From Octopus vulgaris (lineage: Eukaryota): a DNA stretch of 64,000 bases. Every line of letters starts with the position of its first letter. Within the stretch, counting starts at the first letter, position 1. Below the pieces are notes generated by a model that worked only from the letters and a program-made list of their open reading frames with translations, was not told where the DNA came from and searched no databases. A program made the translations under genes and the position numbers. This document shows positions 40,040-53,673 of this stretch, in pieces. The stretch spans positions 194,370,001-194,434,000 of the forward strand of contig OX597815.1 in assembly GCA_951406725.2 (NCBI GenBank), written 5' to 3'.

Positions 40040-40081
<42 letters not shown>

Positions 40082-40286
40082 TAATAAATAAGAAAATGGA
40101 GAAATACACCTTAATCAATAATCAACTACCAGATAATATCCAATCACATAATTTATTAAACCACTACATATGAACATTAAGGTCAAACATAATAGTATAG
40201 AACAAAACAATGTACATCAACGGGTAATATGATACAATAAGTACAGTATGTATAAGTGAATATAAATAAATACAAATATAAACTAC

Positions 40287-40413
40287 ATCTTACAGCTGTT
40301 TCAGCCATGCAGATATGGGTATCTCATTATGCTCATATTAGCCATGTGTGATAAGTTAATATGTGGTTATAAATGAGACACTTACAAAAATATCCCAAGG
40401 CCTCTTCAGAGAT
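40287..40413 (-). ncRNA. Type I hammerhead ribozyme motif with canonical core
   Basis: Minus: atct-CTGAAGA-ggcc[92 nt]ggct-GAAA-CAGCTG-TA-agat; all core nucleotides present. Confidence 0.75.
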
Positions 40414-41678
40414 TATAAAGTAAATTCTTAACATTTATGTATTAACTTTGTTGGGTGCTTTACTAGCAGTATATTGGATATATGTTATCCCATGGTGGGT
40501 TGCACTCACAACCCCTATCTCAATATGTATATATATATATATGAATATATATATATATATGTACGTATATATGTATGTATGTGTGTGTATGAGACTTTCT
40601 TTTCACTGTTGTTTCCTCTTATTCTAATCTTCTTCCTTCGTCATTTATCTCTCTATATCATTTTTACTTGCTTTCTTTCCTTTCTTTTTCATTTACCCCA
40701 CCCCTTCTCATGACTACTCCTGTCAATCTTCACTGCACCCCAGCTTAGTACATCTGTACAGCTGTGTGTTTCAGCTTGTAGATACCTGTTGAAAACCACT
40801 CCTCTCTTCTTTTCTACTTCTACTACACTTTGGTAGGACAGAATATATATACACACACACATACGCACACACACATGCATACGTACAAATATAAATGTGT
40901 GTAATGTATGTGTATGCATGTGTGTGTGTGTAGTCTGAAGGGTTTATTTTGGGATGAATATTTCTGTTGTTTGATCATAGGAACTACCTCCCTAATAAAA
41001 TTGAGTACACGTGGCTGAGTACTCCACGGACATTATACTCTTAAACGCATTTCTCAGACAAATTAGTATGATCCTGCCAAGGTTCATTCTTTCACAAGAC
41101 CGGATGTTCGAAGTAAATGTAGAGTCCATCGGGCAATCGACCACAATATTCTGCTTCTCTGATTTTCATTTAACTCTTGGTTCCATTCGAAACTACGCAG
41201 TAAAGCAATTACTAGTACACTACTCAACGGTATGGAAGCAGCATACACACGCGCGAGCGCAAACACTCCTGCACACACGCATGCGCATGCACGCGCGCTC
41301 ACACACGTGCACGTGCGCGCGGTACACACTTGTCGTGAATTAATCTAAGAGTTAAAGAAGAATAAATGTTATCGTTTTATATTTTCTAAATTGCAATTAA
41401 TTTCTAACATTTAATTAATTTAAAAAAATAAAATCAATTTTAGAATTTTGAATTAATTTTGGAATTTTAAATTAATATTGAAGACTAAGTGCTTGCTTAA
41501 TTGCTCAAATGGATCATTAATAGAAAGAAAAAAAAACAAGCAAACTTGAAGCCGTACATTCATAGGAGCCAAGAAGACATCCACTGTACGACTGTTCGAC
41601 CCGCAAGAAATAGCTGTCAAATTCACCTGAAATCACGTTCTATGACATTAAACAAGAAATCATTGGCTAATGTAGTCT

Positions 41679-42683
41679 TTTTTCTCCCTAAATGTTAAAA
41701 CTAACATTGGCAAAACATTCTTGGCTCTTTTGGATAAGCATTTTCCAGTAAACTATGAATACAGGAAGATTTTTAATAGACAGTCAGTAAAAATATCATA
41801 AACCTGCTGTCCCAATATTAAGAACATTATCACTCTTAAACCTCATCAAGAGCCCATTTCGAGTTTTAACTGTCGAGACTCCGAAGCTTCCAAGCTTGAC
41901 CACATATGTGTAAAGAAAAAGACAGGTTATTGGCATTGGAATGGAATTGGTTTTGTGTTCAATCAAAAGTGACTCGGGCTAATCAAGTGTAAAAACAAAA
42001 TCAAAAGCAACAAAAACAACACGCATCCAGATTCTCAACTATTGGAATATGTGTCATATATAGGTTTGTCACGTTAGTTTGCATCTGTGTTATATTAGTT
42101 TGTATCTCTCTTCATTTTATCTCGAAGCATTGTTGTGACTTCTGCTTCATAGACGACGCAGTTTATCACATACGCTTGGTCAAGCTTGGAAGCTTCAGGG
42201 TCTCGACAGTTAAAACTCGAAATGGGCTCTTGATGAGGCTTACGAGTGATAATGTTCTTAATATTGGAACAGCAGGTTTATGATATTTTTACTGACTGTC
42301 TATTAAAAATCTTCCTGTATTCCTAGTTTACTGGGAAATGCTAATCCAAAAGAGCCAAGAATGTTTTGCCAATGATAGTTTTAACGTTTAGGGAGAAAAA
42401 CGGAGTGAACCATAATTTTAGGTTCCAAGTTTTTATTTGAAGTGTAATCATATATCTTACCTTTGAAGCCGCTCATATTTTGGGTATTATTATAGTAGTG
42501 GGCTGCCTTATCAAATATTTCTTTTGAAATGGAGAGATTAGATATCCTATCACTGATGCTATCAGGTTTTTAAACATTTCACCTGTATCGGAATTGTTTA
42601 ACCCATGCTGAACCCTTACTGAATAGAAGGAGTTTTCTCGCATGCATGATAAGGTCCAGGTCTATGTGGTCAATACTAAAATA
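41679..42683 (-). mobile_element. Penelope-like element relic with a 224-bp inverted duplication
   Basis: Minus frames give IMHARKLLLFSKGSAWVK, ISDRISNLSISKEIFDKAAHYYN, LWFTPFFSLNVKT and NCVVYEAEVT; arms 41679-41902 and 42177-42400. Confidence 0.8.
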
Positions 42684-42685
42684 TT

Positions 42686-43152
<467 letters not shown>

Positions 43153-43325
43153 ATATGTTATTGTAAACGGTCTCGATCAGCTTTGTCATTTTTGTTTTTC
43201 TTTCTTGTAGGTTGGATCGATGAAATAAGATCAGTGAAATTATTGGGTAGACCCAAACAGCGGTACTCTTTTTCCTTGAAAATTTCAAATCGAGTGCCTT
43301 TTATATAACATTATTATTGTTATTG

Positions 43326-43585
43326 TGGAGGCACGTGGCTTAGTGGTTAGGATGTCAGCATCATGATCGTAAGATTGTGGTTTCCATTTCTGGACCGGGC
43401 GACGCGTTGTGTTCTTGAACAAAACACTTCATTTCACGTTGCTCCAGTCCACTCAGCTGGCAAAAATGAGTAACGCTGCGATGGACTGGCGTCCCGTCCA
43501 GCTGGGGAACACATACGCTATAGATACCGGGAACCGGGCCCATGAACCTGTCTAGGCTTTAAAAGGGCGCATGTATTTATTATTT
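43326..43585 (+). mobile_element. tRNA-derived SINE family D
   Basis: GGAGGCACGTGGCTTAGTGGTTAGG head; matches 58077-58335. Confidence 0.85.
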
Positions 43586-43606
43586 TATTACTATTGTTAA
43601 TAACAA

Positions 43607-43842
43607 GGCGGCGAGCTGGCAAAAACGTTAGCACGCCGGGCGAAATAAGTAACCGTATTTCGTCTGCCGTTACGTTCTGAGTTCAAATTCCGCCGAGGTC
43701 GCCTTTGCCGTTCATCCTTTCGGGGTCGATAAATTAAGTATCAGTTACGTACTAGGGTCGATGTTATCGACTTAATCCGTTTGCCTGTCCTTGTTTGTCT
43801 GTCCTCTCTGTGTTTAGCCCCTTTTGGATATTAAAGAAATAG
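43607..43842 (+). mobile_element. SINE family A monomer followed by a 97-bp tandem duplication (43813-44008)
   Basis: Head, core and tail; tail plus flank duplicated. Confidence 0.85.
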
Positions 43843-45077
43843 TTATTCCGCCCAACGATCTCGATATTGATGTATAAAAATATACAATATCAAACTGCTC
43901 TTCTATGCTTTTAGCCCCTTTTGGATATTAAAGAAATAGTTATTCCGCCCAACGATCTCGATATTGATGTATAAAAATATACAATATCAAACTGCTCTTC
44001 TATGCTTTTCCTTTAAATTCTTAAACCAATCTATTACAGTGCTGCTATTAGCCCATTGCTGTAGCTTAATAGTCTCTCTAATTCTGATATTTACTCCATC
44101 TGATTTCAATACGGTTTACATTAAGTGTATGCATGTGTATGTGCGCGCGTGCGTGTGCATGTATTGGGCTGTCAGATAAATTTGTTCGTTTCTTTCCGTT
44201 AATCCATTAATCTGAATCCTTACTTTCCAACAACAATTTTCACTGATCAGTTAATAATATATTCTCTTTTATTTTTCCCGACCTCTTGGCAGAGGTTCCA
44301 CTCGGTATTTCGCCCGAGTTCAAATTCCGCCGATGTCGACTTTACCTTTCATCCTTTCGAAATCGATAAAATAAGTACCAGTTGAACAAATTACGCGCCC
44401 CAAATTACTGCCCTTGTGGCAAAATTTTAAACCATCATTATTGTTATTAACAGAAAAGAATATAAATCATTCAAATAGATATTCTGCTTTAGACACTATA
44501 AGTTACAAATATATCAAACATTATTTGATTTAGAATTACAATAAATTGTTTGTTAAAAAAAAGTAGTTGATATCAAGTTTCGATGTATTTCGTTTTTAAA
44601 TGAATTTTCTGTTAAAACGACAGCCTGAAAATAAATCGAAAATAGATTTCATTTAAAAATAATTTGTTTTTATTTCAAAATTACCATAAATTGTTTTTGA
44701 AAACAAAATTCAGTTCATATTAAGTTCTGATGTTTTTTTTTTTCTACGAAAATGTCTTGCTACCATTTTGCTTTTCAACGAATATATCCTCTGGTCAATA
44801 GGCTTTCAACGAATTTGTTTTTTTTCAATGAAGTCACAGTATACAGACACGTAAGTGCATACGCAGACACATACACACACACAAACACACACATGTACAA
44901 ATATATATACATATACATACACACGTATGTACGTAGTAAGTACGTACATGCATACACACACATACACACAATGGCCGAAATTGCACTCAACCCTCTGGCC
45001 CATAACTGGGGTTGATGACCTGTGTTTTCCCGTTCGTCTGCGTGTTTAGTATATGTTCGTATGTTTATTTACTACAC

Positions 45078-45153
<76 letters not shown>

Positions 45154-45164
45154 ATATATATATA

Positions 45165-46140
45165 CATTTGGTTGTAAGATAAATACTTCCATTTCTTTCC
45201 AATGTTATTTGATTTAATGAAAAATATTTTTATATCTTCATAGATTTCGCAGTTTTATTCTTCCTCGAGAACTTTTGTTTATTGTTTTTAATATGTGAAT
45301 AAATTTTAACTCCTTTCAGACATATGACGATGGAGCACTAATAAAAGCAACGAGCCTTTTTGACACCTTCTAGTAGTTTTCATCAAAGGTCTCAAAGCTG
45401 CCAAACCACTTGAGATATTATATTTGTGCTGTATACAGCGAAGGTGCTATTACAGAAAGAACTGTATACAAACGGATTCTCCCGCTTCATGTAGAGGAAA
45501 TACGACCACACAGACTCCAAACGGATTCTCCCGCTTCATGTAGAGGAAATACGACCACACAGACTCACCTTGTTCTGACCGACCTGTTCAGTTCAACGAG
45601 AGCTGATTATACGAGGTCATCCACAAGGATCCGCGCCAATCCACAAAGGATTCGGCCCAGCAGATTGGCTGCTCTCATGATACCATCACCCGTTACCTTT
45701 ACTCGTTGGATAAGTGTCAAAATTTCGATATGGCGACACGACGTGTTTTTTTTTTAACACGACAAGTCTCACTCCCACTTCGCATAATTGACTAAACATG
45801 CAATTCAAGAGTTCGGTTGGGAAGCTCTACTGCATCTATCGTATTCTCCTGGTACAGAACCTTCAGATTATCATCTTTTTTTAGTTGCTTTTTAACATTC
45901 TGTAAAGTGTTTCGCGCAACAACAACGTAGAGTTGAAAACGTGGCTTGATGAATACTTCAAGTCAAAACCCAGTGATTTCTAGCGCCGAGGTATTGGCAA
46001 GCTAGTGGAACCTCTTCAAGAAGTCGTGAAAAATAAAAGAGAATATATTATTAACTGATCAGTGAAAATTGTTGTTGAAAAGTAAGGATTCAGATTAATG
46101 GATTAATGGAAAGAAACGAACGAATTTGCTTCTGACAGTT
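45165..46140 (+). pseudogene. Degenerate mariner transposon
   Basis: HAIQEFGWEALLHLSYSPGTEPSDYHLF resembles the mariner YSPDLAPSDYHLF motif; terminal segment also found inverted at 44163-44302. Confidence 0.75.
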
Positions 46141-46379
46141 TTGTTCAACGGATAAGTTTGTAGCTATACTATGGATCACCCTAGTAATAATCATTTTTAA
46201 TATACGCCTACGACAAGATCAGTTTAATGGATACCGATACTTATACAGTCGAACTCAATTATTGTGTGCCTAGCATATCTGTCTAAAACAATAACGAGTT
46301 TTGGACGTGAATATACTATGGTTAGCCCATATAAATTCTTCAATCCAGCTAATGTCAAACTGAGTAGATTATGAAAATA

Positions 46380-46467
<88 letters not shown>

Positions 46468-46537
46468 TTGTTGATTCGCTAGCTTCTGCACGCATTTTTT
46501 TCTCTCCTTGTTTCTCTCCGTGTTTCCTTTCTGTGTA

Positions 46538-46575
46538 TCTTTCTGTTGAAGAGCGTAGGCTCGAAACGTAAAAGA
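46538..46575 (+). ncRNA. Minimal hammerhead-like motif (CUGUNGA family)
   Basis: tcttt-CTGTTGA-a-gagc gtag gctc-GAAA-CG-TA-aaaga within a module 46467-46672 between (TA)n tracts. Confidence 0.6.
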
Positions 46576-46698
46576 CTTGTTTTATTTATATTCCTGAGCG
46601 CCATACTAATACAATTGTTTGTTTGTATTCCACCTACCTTCGTCTTCTGTTTATTTTCATAAAGCTTCCCGTTATATATATATATGTGTGTGTGTGTG

Positions 46699-46764
<66 letters not shown>

Positions 46765-47419
46765 TGGATTGGCAACTAAGTTCCCACCGCTTATTTAAAT
46801 TTTGGAATTTATTGCGTTGTCAAGAAAAGTGAGGAAAATATTCACTGATGTTGCGAACAGCTGCCTGGCTGATGAAAAATTCAGCATCGCTCCTGGGACG
46901 AAATCTCATCTCTTTGTCTCTCTGAGATTTATCGTGGTTTTAACACTGCAAGTCCCAAAATAAATTCAGTATTCAATATACACTTTAAACTTCATAGCAA
47001 TTATAATTGGAACAATAGGATGTGGACCAAACCACCTGGGGTGGAGCATAGCTGAAATTGATTTCTTGGGGGAGAAAATGCAACTCCTTAATCCACTCTC
47101 TATAAACGATCGCGATATGTTGGACAATAAAAATCTGAAAGACCTTAAGATTCAAAGGGTGATGAAGAAAAAATATGCTTTTTTTCACAACCTTGCTACC
47201 GAGTAGGTGGAGGGTCATAGTCAACTCTAAATTAAAAAGTAAAAAAAAGAACATGCATTCGGATAATCAACTAAAGTTGACGGATTAAATAAATACCAGA
47301 GATCTTTGGACTTCTCGAGTTATGTGTATGTTAAAAAATAGTTATTTCAACGGCGATCAGAAGCCTAGTGATGAATACACTGTAAAGCGTGAATCGAAAT
47401 AGTGGGCGACAGTGAATTA

Positions 47420-47886
47420 CATACATTTCATCTCGAAAGAGTCCAGAAGCTGGCTACCCGCATGGTTCTTGGTCTTAAGCATTTGTCTTAAGAAGAAAGG
47501 CTGAAGACGCTCGACCTTTATTCTCTAGAAAAACGACGACGCCGTGGTGATCTCATTCTTGCTCACAACATCATAATCGGAAAGTGTAACCTCTCGAAAG
47601 AGCTGTTCGTCACTCCTGCTCCTGAGCGTCGGCTGCGGGATCACTCCGAAAAGCTCTATCTGCGACGATTTCATCTCAATCGAAGGAGAGGGGCTTTCTC
47701 CGTCCGGGTTGCGGATCCGTGGAATAAGCTGCCGGACGAGATAGTGAAGATGCCGACGACCGCTCGGTTCAAAGTCTCTCTTGACCAGATATGGCCTGAA
47801 CTCTTTGCATGAACACCCCCCCTACATGGCCTTGCTTTTTGCTTTTTGAGCCAAAAAATTAACTTATTAACTTATTTAACTTATTT
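47420..47886 (+). pseudogene. CR1-type LINE 3' fragment
   Basis: [41 protein letters not shown]; (TTAACTTA)n tail. Confidence 0.85.
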
Positions 47887-48468
47887 ATAATGTCGATAAA
47901 AAATACCAGTGAAATTATCGAGTAGATCTAATCGATTATAATCTGATTGTAAATATTGTGATCATGTACGTGTGGCCTAGTTGTTAAGGGTATTCGTTTC
48001 GCGATCAGAAGGTTTTTAGTTCGATTCTGGCAGGACACTTTATTTCACGTTGTTCCAGTTCACTCAGTTGGCAAAAATGAGTTGTACCTGTTTGTCAAAA
48101 GGGCCAGCCTTGTCACATTCTGTGTAACATTAAATCTCTCTGAGAACTATATTAAGTGGTACAGGTGTCTGTCGAGTGTTCAGCCAATTGCACGTTAATT
48201 TCACGAGCAGGCTGTTCCGTTTATTAGATTAACTGGAACACCCATCGTCGTAACCGACGGAGTGCCAGTTATTATCGACAGGGAGTCGGATAAAGTGGTT
48301 TGTAAAGTTTATATTTTCTGGCCCTTTATGTTCCTAACTTAAATCCCACCGAATTCATTCTTGCCGTTTATCACTAAGAGGTTAATAAAATAAAGTACTA
48401 GTCCAGTTCTGGGGTCGAAGGCAATCTTCCCTTCAAAATTTCTGGCCTTCTGTCTAACTTAGAAACAA

Positions 48469-48896
48469 CGAGCAAAATGGCCCCCGTCCAATGGACGGTG
48501 CTGAGTTGTCAAACATTTAAATCAAATTTTCTCAAAACAACTGTCCGACCGTCCCATAGGCCTCCCCTTTGAGAAAAACTGATTTAACCTAAATTTGAGA
48601 CACCAGCAAAAGAAGTAAAGACTTTTTTCTATTCCAAAGAAAAACGATTTTATTCACACAAATACGCAACTGAAGAGTTTAAAGTACCAGTAAGTACATC
48701 GCAACAGCTGATGTACGTGCGCGTACAAATGCACGTTCCCACGGCTTTATCGATCGCATTCTCACCTGGAATCAATTTTTGTAATTTTTTCAAGACTTAT
48801 ACACGCCATATCAAATTTGAGCGCAATCAGATGGAGGATGCCCGAGATCCTAGAAGACACGCAGACAGACAGACAGAACGGATTTTATATAATAGA
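48469..48896 (-). mobile_element. Non-autonomous Helitron H1
   Basis: Same termini as 122-654. Confidence 0.75.
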
Positions 48897-50118
48897 TTAT
48901 CATTACCAGAAAAGAACATTGAAATATTTATTGCATGTTAGAAGGTATACACAACACGCACATACAAACAAAATCGGTTTCAAATTTTGATACAAGGCCA
49001 ACAAATTCGGGGGAGGTGTTCAACTAGTACTTATTTCATCGACCCTGAAAGAATAAAAGGTAAAGTCGACCTCGGCGGAACTTGAACACAGATCATAAAA
49101 ACGGACAAAATACTGTTAAGCATTATACCCGGCGCCAGCTTGCCGCCTAACATACATAAAATTAAAAGTATATTCTATTCGAAAAAATCATTTATTATTT
49201 TAAAGCTGCAAGTAAAAAAATATCTTTTAAGAAAAATAGTAATTTGGTTTCATTGTATTTATATTTACATTTATTTTCTCAAAGAATGACAAGACAGTTT
49301 GAAAATAAATAGCAAAAAGGTATCTAAAAAATAATTTGTTATTATTTTCAGTATACAATAAGTTGTTTAAAACATTAAGTTTAGATTTATTTCTATGTTT
49401 TTCTCCGAATATGTCTTTTAATAATTTTTCTTTTATTAGTTTGAATATATCTGAAGACCAATGAATCTTTCGGCAAATATTTTTTGTACGAATGTTTTCG
49501 TAGCTCGTACTTACATACATACATAGTTTGCAGTTCCGTTATAGGTCGGACCAACAAAAAGGTACTCCATCCTGTATATTGTTGCTGATGTTGTTTGTTC
49601 TTTCTCGAGCCATTCCTGGCTCATAAAGGCTGGTTTCCCGGTTTCATTGGCGTATAGGTTTCCCACCTGGACAGGACGCCGGTCCGTCACAGGTAAGTTG
49701 TTGCTAGATGCAGGAGGAAAGAGTATGAGAGAAAGTTGTGGCGAAAGAGACAGCAGAAGTTCGCCATTACCTTCTGTTAGAGCCGCGTGGAGCATAGGTA
49801 TTTCGCTCATAAACACACACATCACCCAGTCTGAGATTCGAACCCGCGATTTCTCGACCGCGAGTCCACTGCTCTAACCACTAGGCCATGTACCTCTACA
49901 CTGTATTTCGTTAATGTACACAATTTACATAAGAGCTAATTGTTTCATGCTTTAGAGCTGCAAGGAATCGGTAGATTTCTATAACATGCCATGCATCTAC
50001 CAGCGATCTTTCAGGCTCAGTGCAAAGAAAACTATTAGTAGCTCTTTTGTAAATTCTACATATTGAACGACACACACATACATATACACACACGGACACA
50101 TTCAGACATATATATATA

Positions 50119-50513
50119 TATTTATATATAAAAGTGAAGTTGTGTGCGTGTCTGTCTCTTACGATTTAGATTCCTAACTACTCCCACATTTTGCGGTGCA
50201 GTTTAGCCAAAACCGGGTATCTTATAGTCGTGATTCATATCGAGCCCTTCTGGGTATTAGCGCGCGTCTACGATGAGTCTACGATTTAAAAAATAATTTA
50301 CCATATTTTTTTTTCCATTTTCATGCATATTTTTTTAAAGGGAAGTAACTCTCTAAAAATGTCTACGATGAGTCAACGATTTAAAAAGAAATTTACCATC
50401 ATATTTTTTCCATTTTGAATGCATTTTTTTGCTATTTTTTGGCTATAACTCTCTAAAAATGCTGTATAGTTATTTCCCTTACAAACCCGAGCAACGCCGG
50501 GCGATACTGCTAG
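50119..50513 (+). mobile_element. Non-autonomous Helitron H2
   Basis: Reverse complement of 29313-29599 with internal duplication; ends hairpin plus CTAG|T. Confidence 0.85.
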
Positions 50514-50695
50514 TATATATATATATATCAAACAAAAAGTATATGTATATATATCAAAGAAAAGTAAGGTTGAAAATGAGGTTGAAAATCTTCTTTCGGA
50601 AGATGTATATTTAGCCAATTTCACATTGACATGATGTTCAAATGTAGTGTGAGATGGAAGAACCTGGAGGTTTACAGTTTTTGTTTCCCCCGTAA

Positions 50696-51398
50696 GGCGG
50701 CGAGCTGGTAGAATCGTTAGCACGCCGGGCGAAATGTTTAGCGATATTTCGTCTGCTGTTACGTTCCGAGTTCAAATTCCACCGAGGTCAACTTTGCCTT
50801 TCATCCTTTCGCGGTCGATTAAATAAGTACCAGTTACGCACTGGGGTCGATACAATCGACTTAATTCGTTTGTCTGTTCTTGTTTGTCTCCTCTGTATTT
50901 ACCCCTTGTGGGTAGTAAAGAAATAGGTATTTCTTCAAAGGCGGCGAGCTGGCAGAAACGTTAGCCCGCCGGGCGAAATGTTTAGCGGTATTTCGTCTGC
51001 TGTTACGTTCTGAGTTCAAATTCCGCCAAGGTCAACTTTGCCTTTCATCGTTTCGGAGTCGATTAAATAAGTACCAGTTACGCACTGGAGTCGATATAAT
51101 CGACTTAATCCGTTTGTCTGTCCTTGTTTGTCCTCTCTGTGTTTAGCCTCTTGTGGGTAGTAAAGAAATAGGTATTTCTTCAAAGGCGGCGAGCTGGCAG
51201 AAACGTTAGCCCGCCGGGCGAAATGTTTAGCGGTATTTCGTCTGCTGTTACGTTCTGAGTTCAAATTCCGCCAAGGTCAACTTTGCCTTTCATCCCTTCG
51301 GGGTCGATGAATTAAGTACTAGTTGCATTCTGGGGTCGATCAAATCTACTGGCCTCATCCCCCAAAATTTCGGGCCTTGTGCCTAGAGTAGAAAAGAG
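50696..51398 (+). mobile_element. Three head-to-tail full SINE A copies
   Basis: Junction aagaaataggtatttcttcaaa|ggcggcgagc occurs twice. Confidence 0.9.
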
Positions 51399-51548
51399 TA
51401 TTTGTTTCCACTGTGGCTGGAGTTTGAAAATCATAGAATTAAGAAACCGGGTAAATAGAAATAAATAATACTCTTTCAAAGACTCCAAAGGCATTTTGAA
51501 TCTTACACACACACATAAGTCTACATATACCTGCACACACACACACAA

Positions 51549-51603
<55 letters not shown>

Positions 51604-51832
51604 AAGGGTAAAAATTATTATGAAAAAAAAGCAATTTATACCAGTGGCCAGCATGCGTGAAAAAGGTCAAAGGGCTGTAAATTATAGTCAAGTAGAAGAG
51701 GAAAGCCACTAAGTGGTTTCCTTACATGCTGAAAATAGACGCAAAATTATCTAATCACGAAAATTGCGTTCTAATTTGGATGTACTCGTGTAAGATACTA
51801 TGAAAAGATATAAAAGGACGTTAGTATATATA

Positions 51833-51894
<62 letters not shown>

Positions 51895-51966
51895 ATATAT
51901 ATGTATATGTATATATATGTATATATATATGTATATGTATATATATGTATATAACAATTCCAAAGT

Positions 51967-53673
51967 GTGTTCACTACACCTCTAGGATACAGGCAAGTAA
52001 ACAACCCAGAAGAATTCTTTGCCACTTTACCAGCGGCCAAAGAGGCAAAAATTGAGTACATCAACATTGAAGATGATGATATCACACTAGCCATAGATGA
52101 GATTGACACAAACTCAGCTGCTGGACCTGATGGATTTCCAGCGATCCTTCTCAAATCGTGCAAACAAGGCCTTGCAAAACCGCTACAGCTTCTTTTTCAG
52201 AGATTTCTTGCAAGTGGTAAGCTCCTAGTCAAATTGAAAGAGGGGGTAATATGCCCTATCCATAAGGGAGGTAGCAGAGCAGATGCTAAAAATTATAGGC
52301 CTATCTCTCTGACCTCACATATCAGCAAAGTCATGGAACGAATAATCCGCAAGAAACTAATCATGTTCCTTGAAGAAAATGACTTGCTGTCTGACACCCA
52401 GCATGGATTTCGACCAGGTAGAAGCTGCCTAACACAGCTCCTGCAACACTATGACTGGGTGTTAAAACAGCTACTAAATGGCTCAAATGTGGATGTAATA
52501 TATCTCGACTTTGATAAAGTCGACCATGGTATGATCTGTCAAAAACTGCGTAGTCTTGGCATAGGCCTAAAACTTGGAGAGTGGCTGCACAACTTCCTAA
52601 AAGACAGAAGACAGGCAGTTGTGAGTAATGGAGCCACCTCCAAGGAAACACAAATAACAAGCGGTGTTCCTCAGAGCACTGTCTTGGGGCCACTACTGTT
52701 CATATTGGCCCTTTCAGACATGCCTTCAGTTGCTATGATGGCCACCCTTGCTAGCTATGCAGATGACACAAAAGTCTCCCACACAATACAAAACCCTGAA
52801 AATATTGCGTATCTGCAACAGGAGTTGGATACAATATACAGGTGGGCGGAAGACAACAACATGCAGTTTAATGCAGGTAAGTTCCAGGCCCTGCGCTACC
52901 GGTACACAAAGGTAAACGACGTGCAGACTGGATACACTGGCCCAGGAAGAATTGCAATCCCTGAGTCAAAATCAGTGCGTGACCTAGGCATTGACATGAG
53001 CAATGATGCATCTTTCCAAGTGCATATTACTAATCTGGTGATAAAATGTAGACGGCTAGCTGGATGGATTCTCCTAACTTTCAGAACAAGAGAGAAGGAG
53101 ACACTGATGGTCCTCTGGAAAACATTCGTCCTCAGCCGCTTGGACTACTGCTCCCAACTATGGTCACTACACAATATAAAACTAACAGCAGAACACGAAG
53201 CAATTCAGAGAAGCTACACAAAGAAGATCGTCTCAATGCAAAATATCAGCTACTGGGAAAGACTGAAAGTATTAAACCTCTTCTCCCTAGAGCGGAGGCG
53301 GGAGAGATATGCGGTGATATACATCTGGAAAATCCTGGAGAGTCTTGTCCCAAACTTTGGTATTCAAAGTTACCCCAACCGCAGAACGGGGCGCCACTGC
53401 ATGGTGCCAAAGATTCCAACATCATCATCAAAATACAGGTCCAGATACTGCAACAGCTTGGGTTTCAGAGGACCACAGCTCTTTAACATCCTCCCTAAAT
53501 GCCTGAGAGACTTACATGGTGTGGATGTGGGTTTCTTTAAAACTAAACTGGATCTCTTCTTGTTGGGAGTCCCAGATGAACCTACCTCACGACAGGAGAC
53601 GCAGATCCGGGCAGCAGCATCGAACTCCCTTGTTGATCAAGTGCCACGTATCAGAGGTGGATTCACATATTAG
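51967..53673 (+). CDS. Reverse transcriptase of a 5'-truncated CR1/L2-group LINE (probably inactive)
   Basis: 568-aa ORF with GPDG, NYRPISL, QHGFR, GVPQ..LGP, YADD and LDYC motifs; no endonuclease domain; element ends about 53747 in (TTTAAGGA)n; embedded in (TA)n. Confidence 0.92.
   Translation: MFTTPLGYRQVNNPEEFFATLPAAKEAKIEYINIEDDDITLAIDEIDTNSAAGPDGFPAILLKSCKQGLAKPLQLLFQRFLASGKLLVKLKEGVICPIHKGGSRADAKNYRPISLTSHISKVMERIIRKKLIMFLEENDLLSDTQHGFRPGRSCLTQLLQHYDWVLKQLLNGSNVDVIYLDFDKVDHGMICQKLRSLGIGLKLGEWLHNFLKDRRQAVVSNGATSKETQITSGVPQSTVLGPLLFILALSDMPSVAMMATLASYADDTKVSHTIQNPENIAYLQQELDTIYRWAEDNNMQFNAGKFQALRYRYTKVNDVQTGYTGPGRIAIPESKSVRDLGIDMSNDASFQVHITNLVIKCRRLAGWILLTFRTREKETLMVLWKTFVLSRLDYCSQLWSLHNIKLTAEHEAIQRSYTKKIVSMQNISYWERLKVLNLFSLERRRERYAVIYIWKILESLVPNFGIQSYPNRRTGRHCMVPKIPTSSSKYRSRYCNSLGFRGPQLFNILPKCLRDLHGVDVGFFKTKLDLFLLGVPDEPTSRQETQIRAAASNSLVDQVPRIRGGFTY

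Noticed and set aside
52361-53486. Overlapping and antisense ORFs within the RT gene
   Set aside because: Alternative-frame by-products of the LINE ORF
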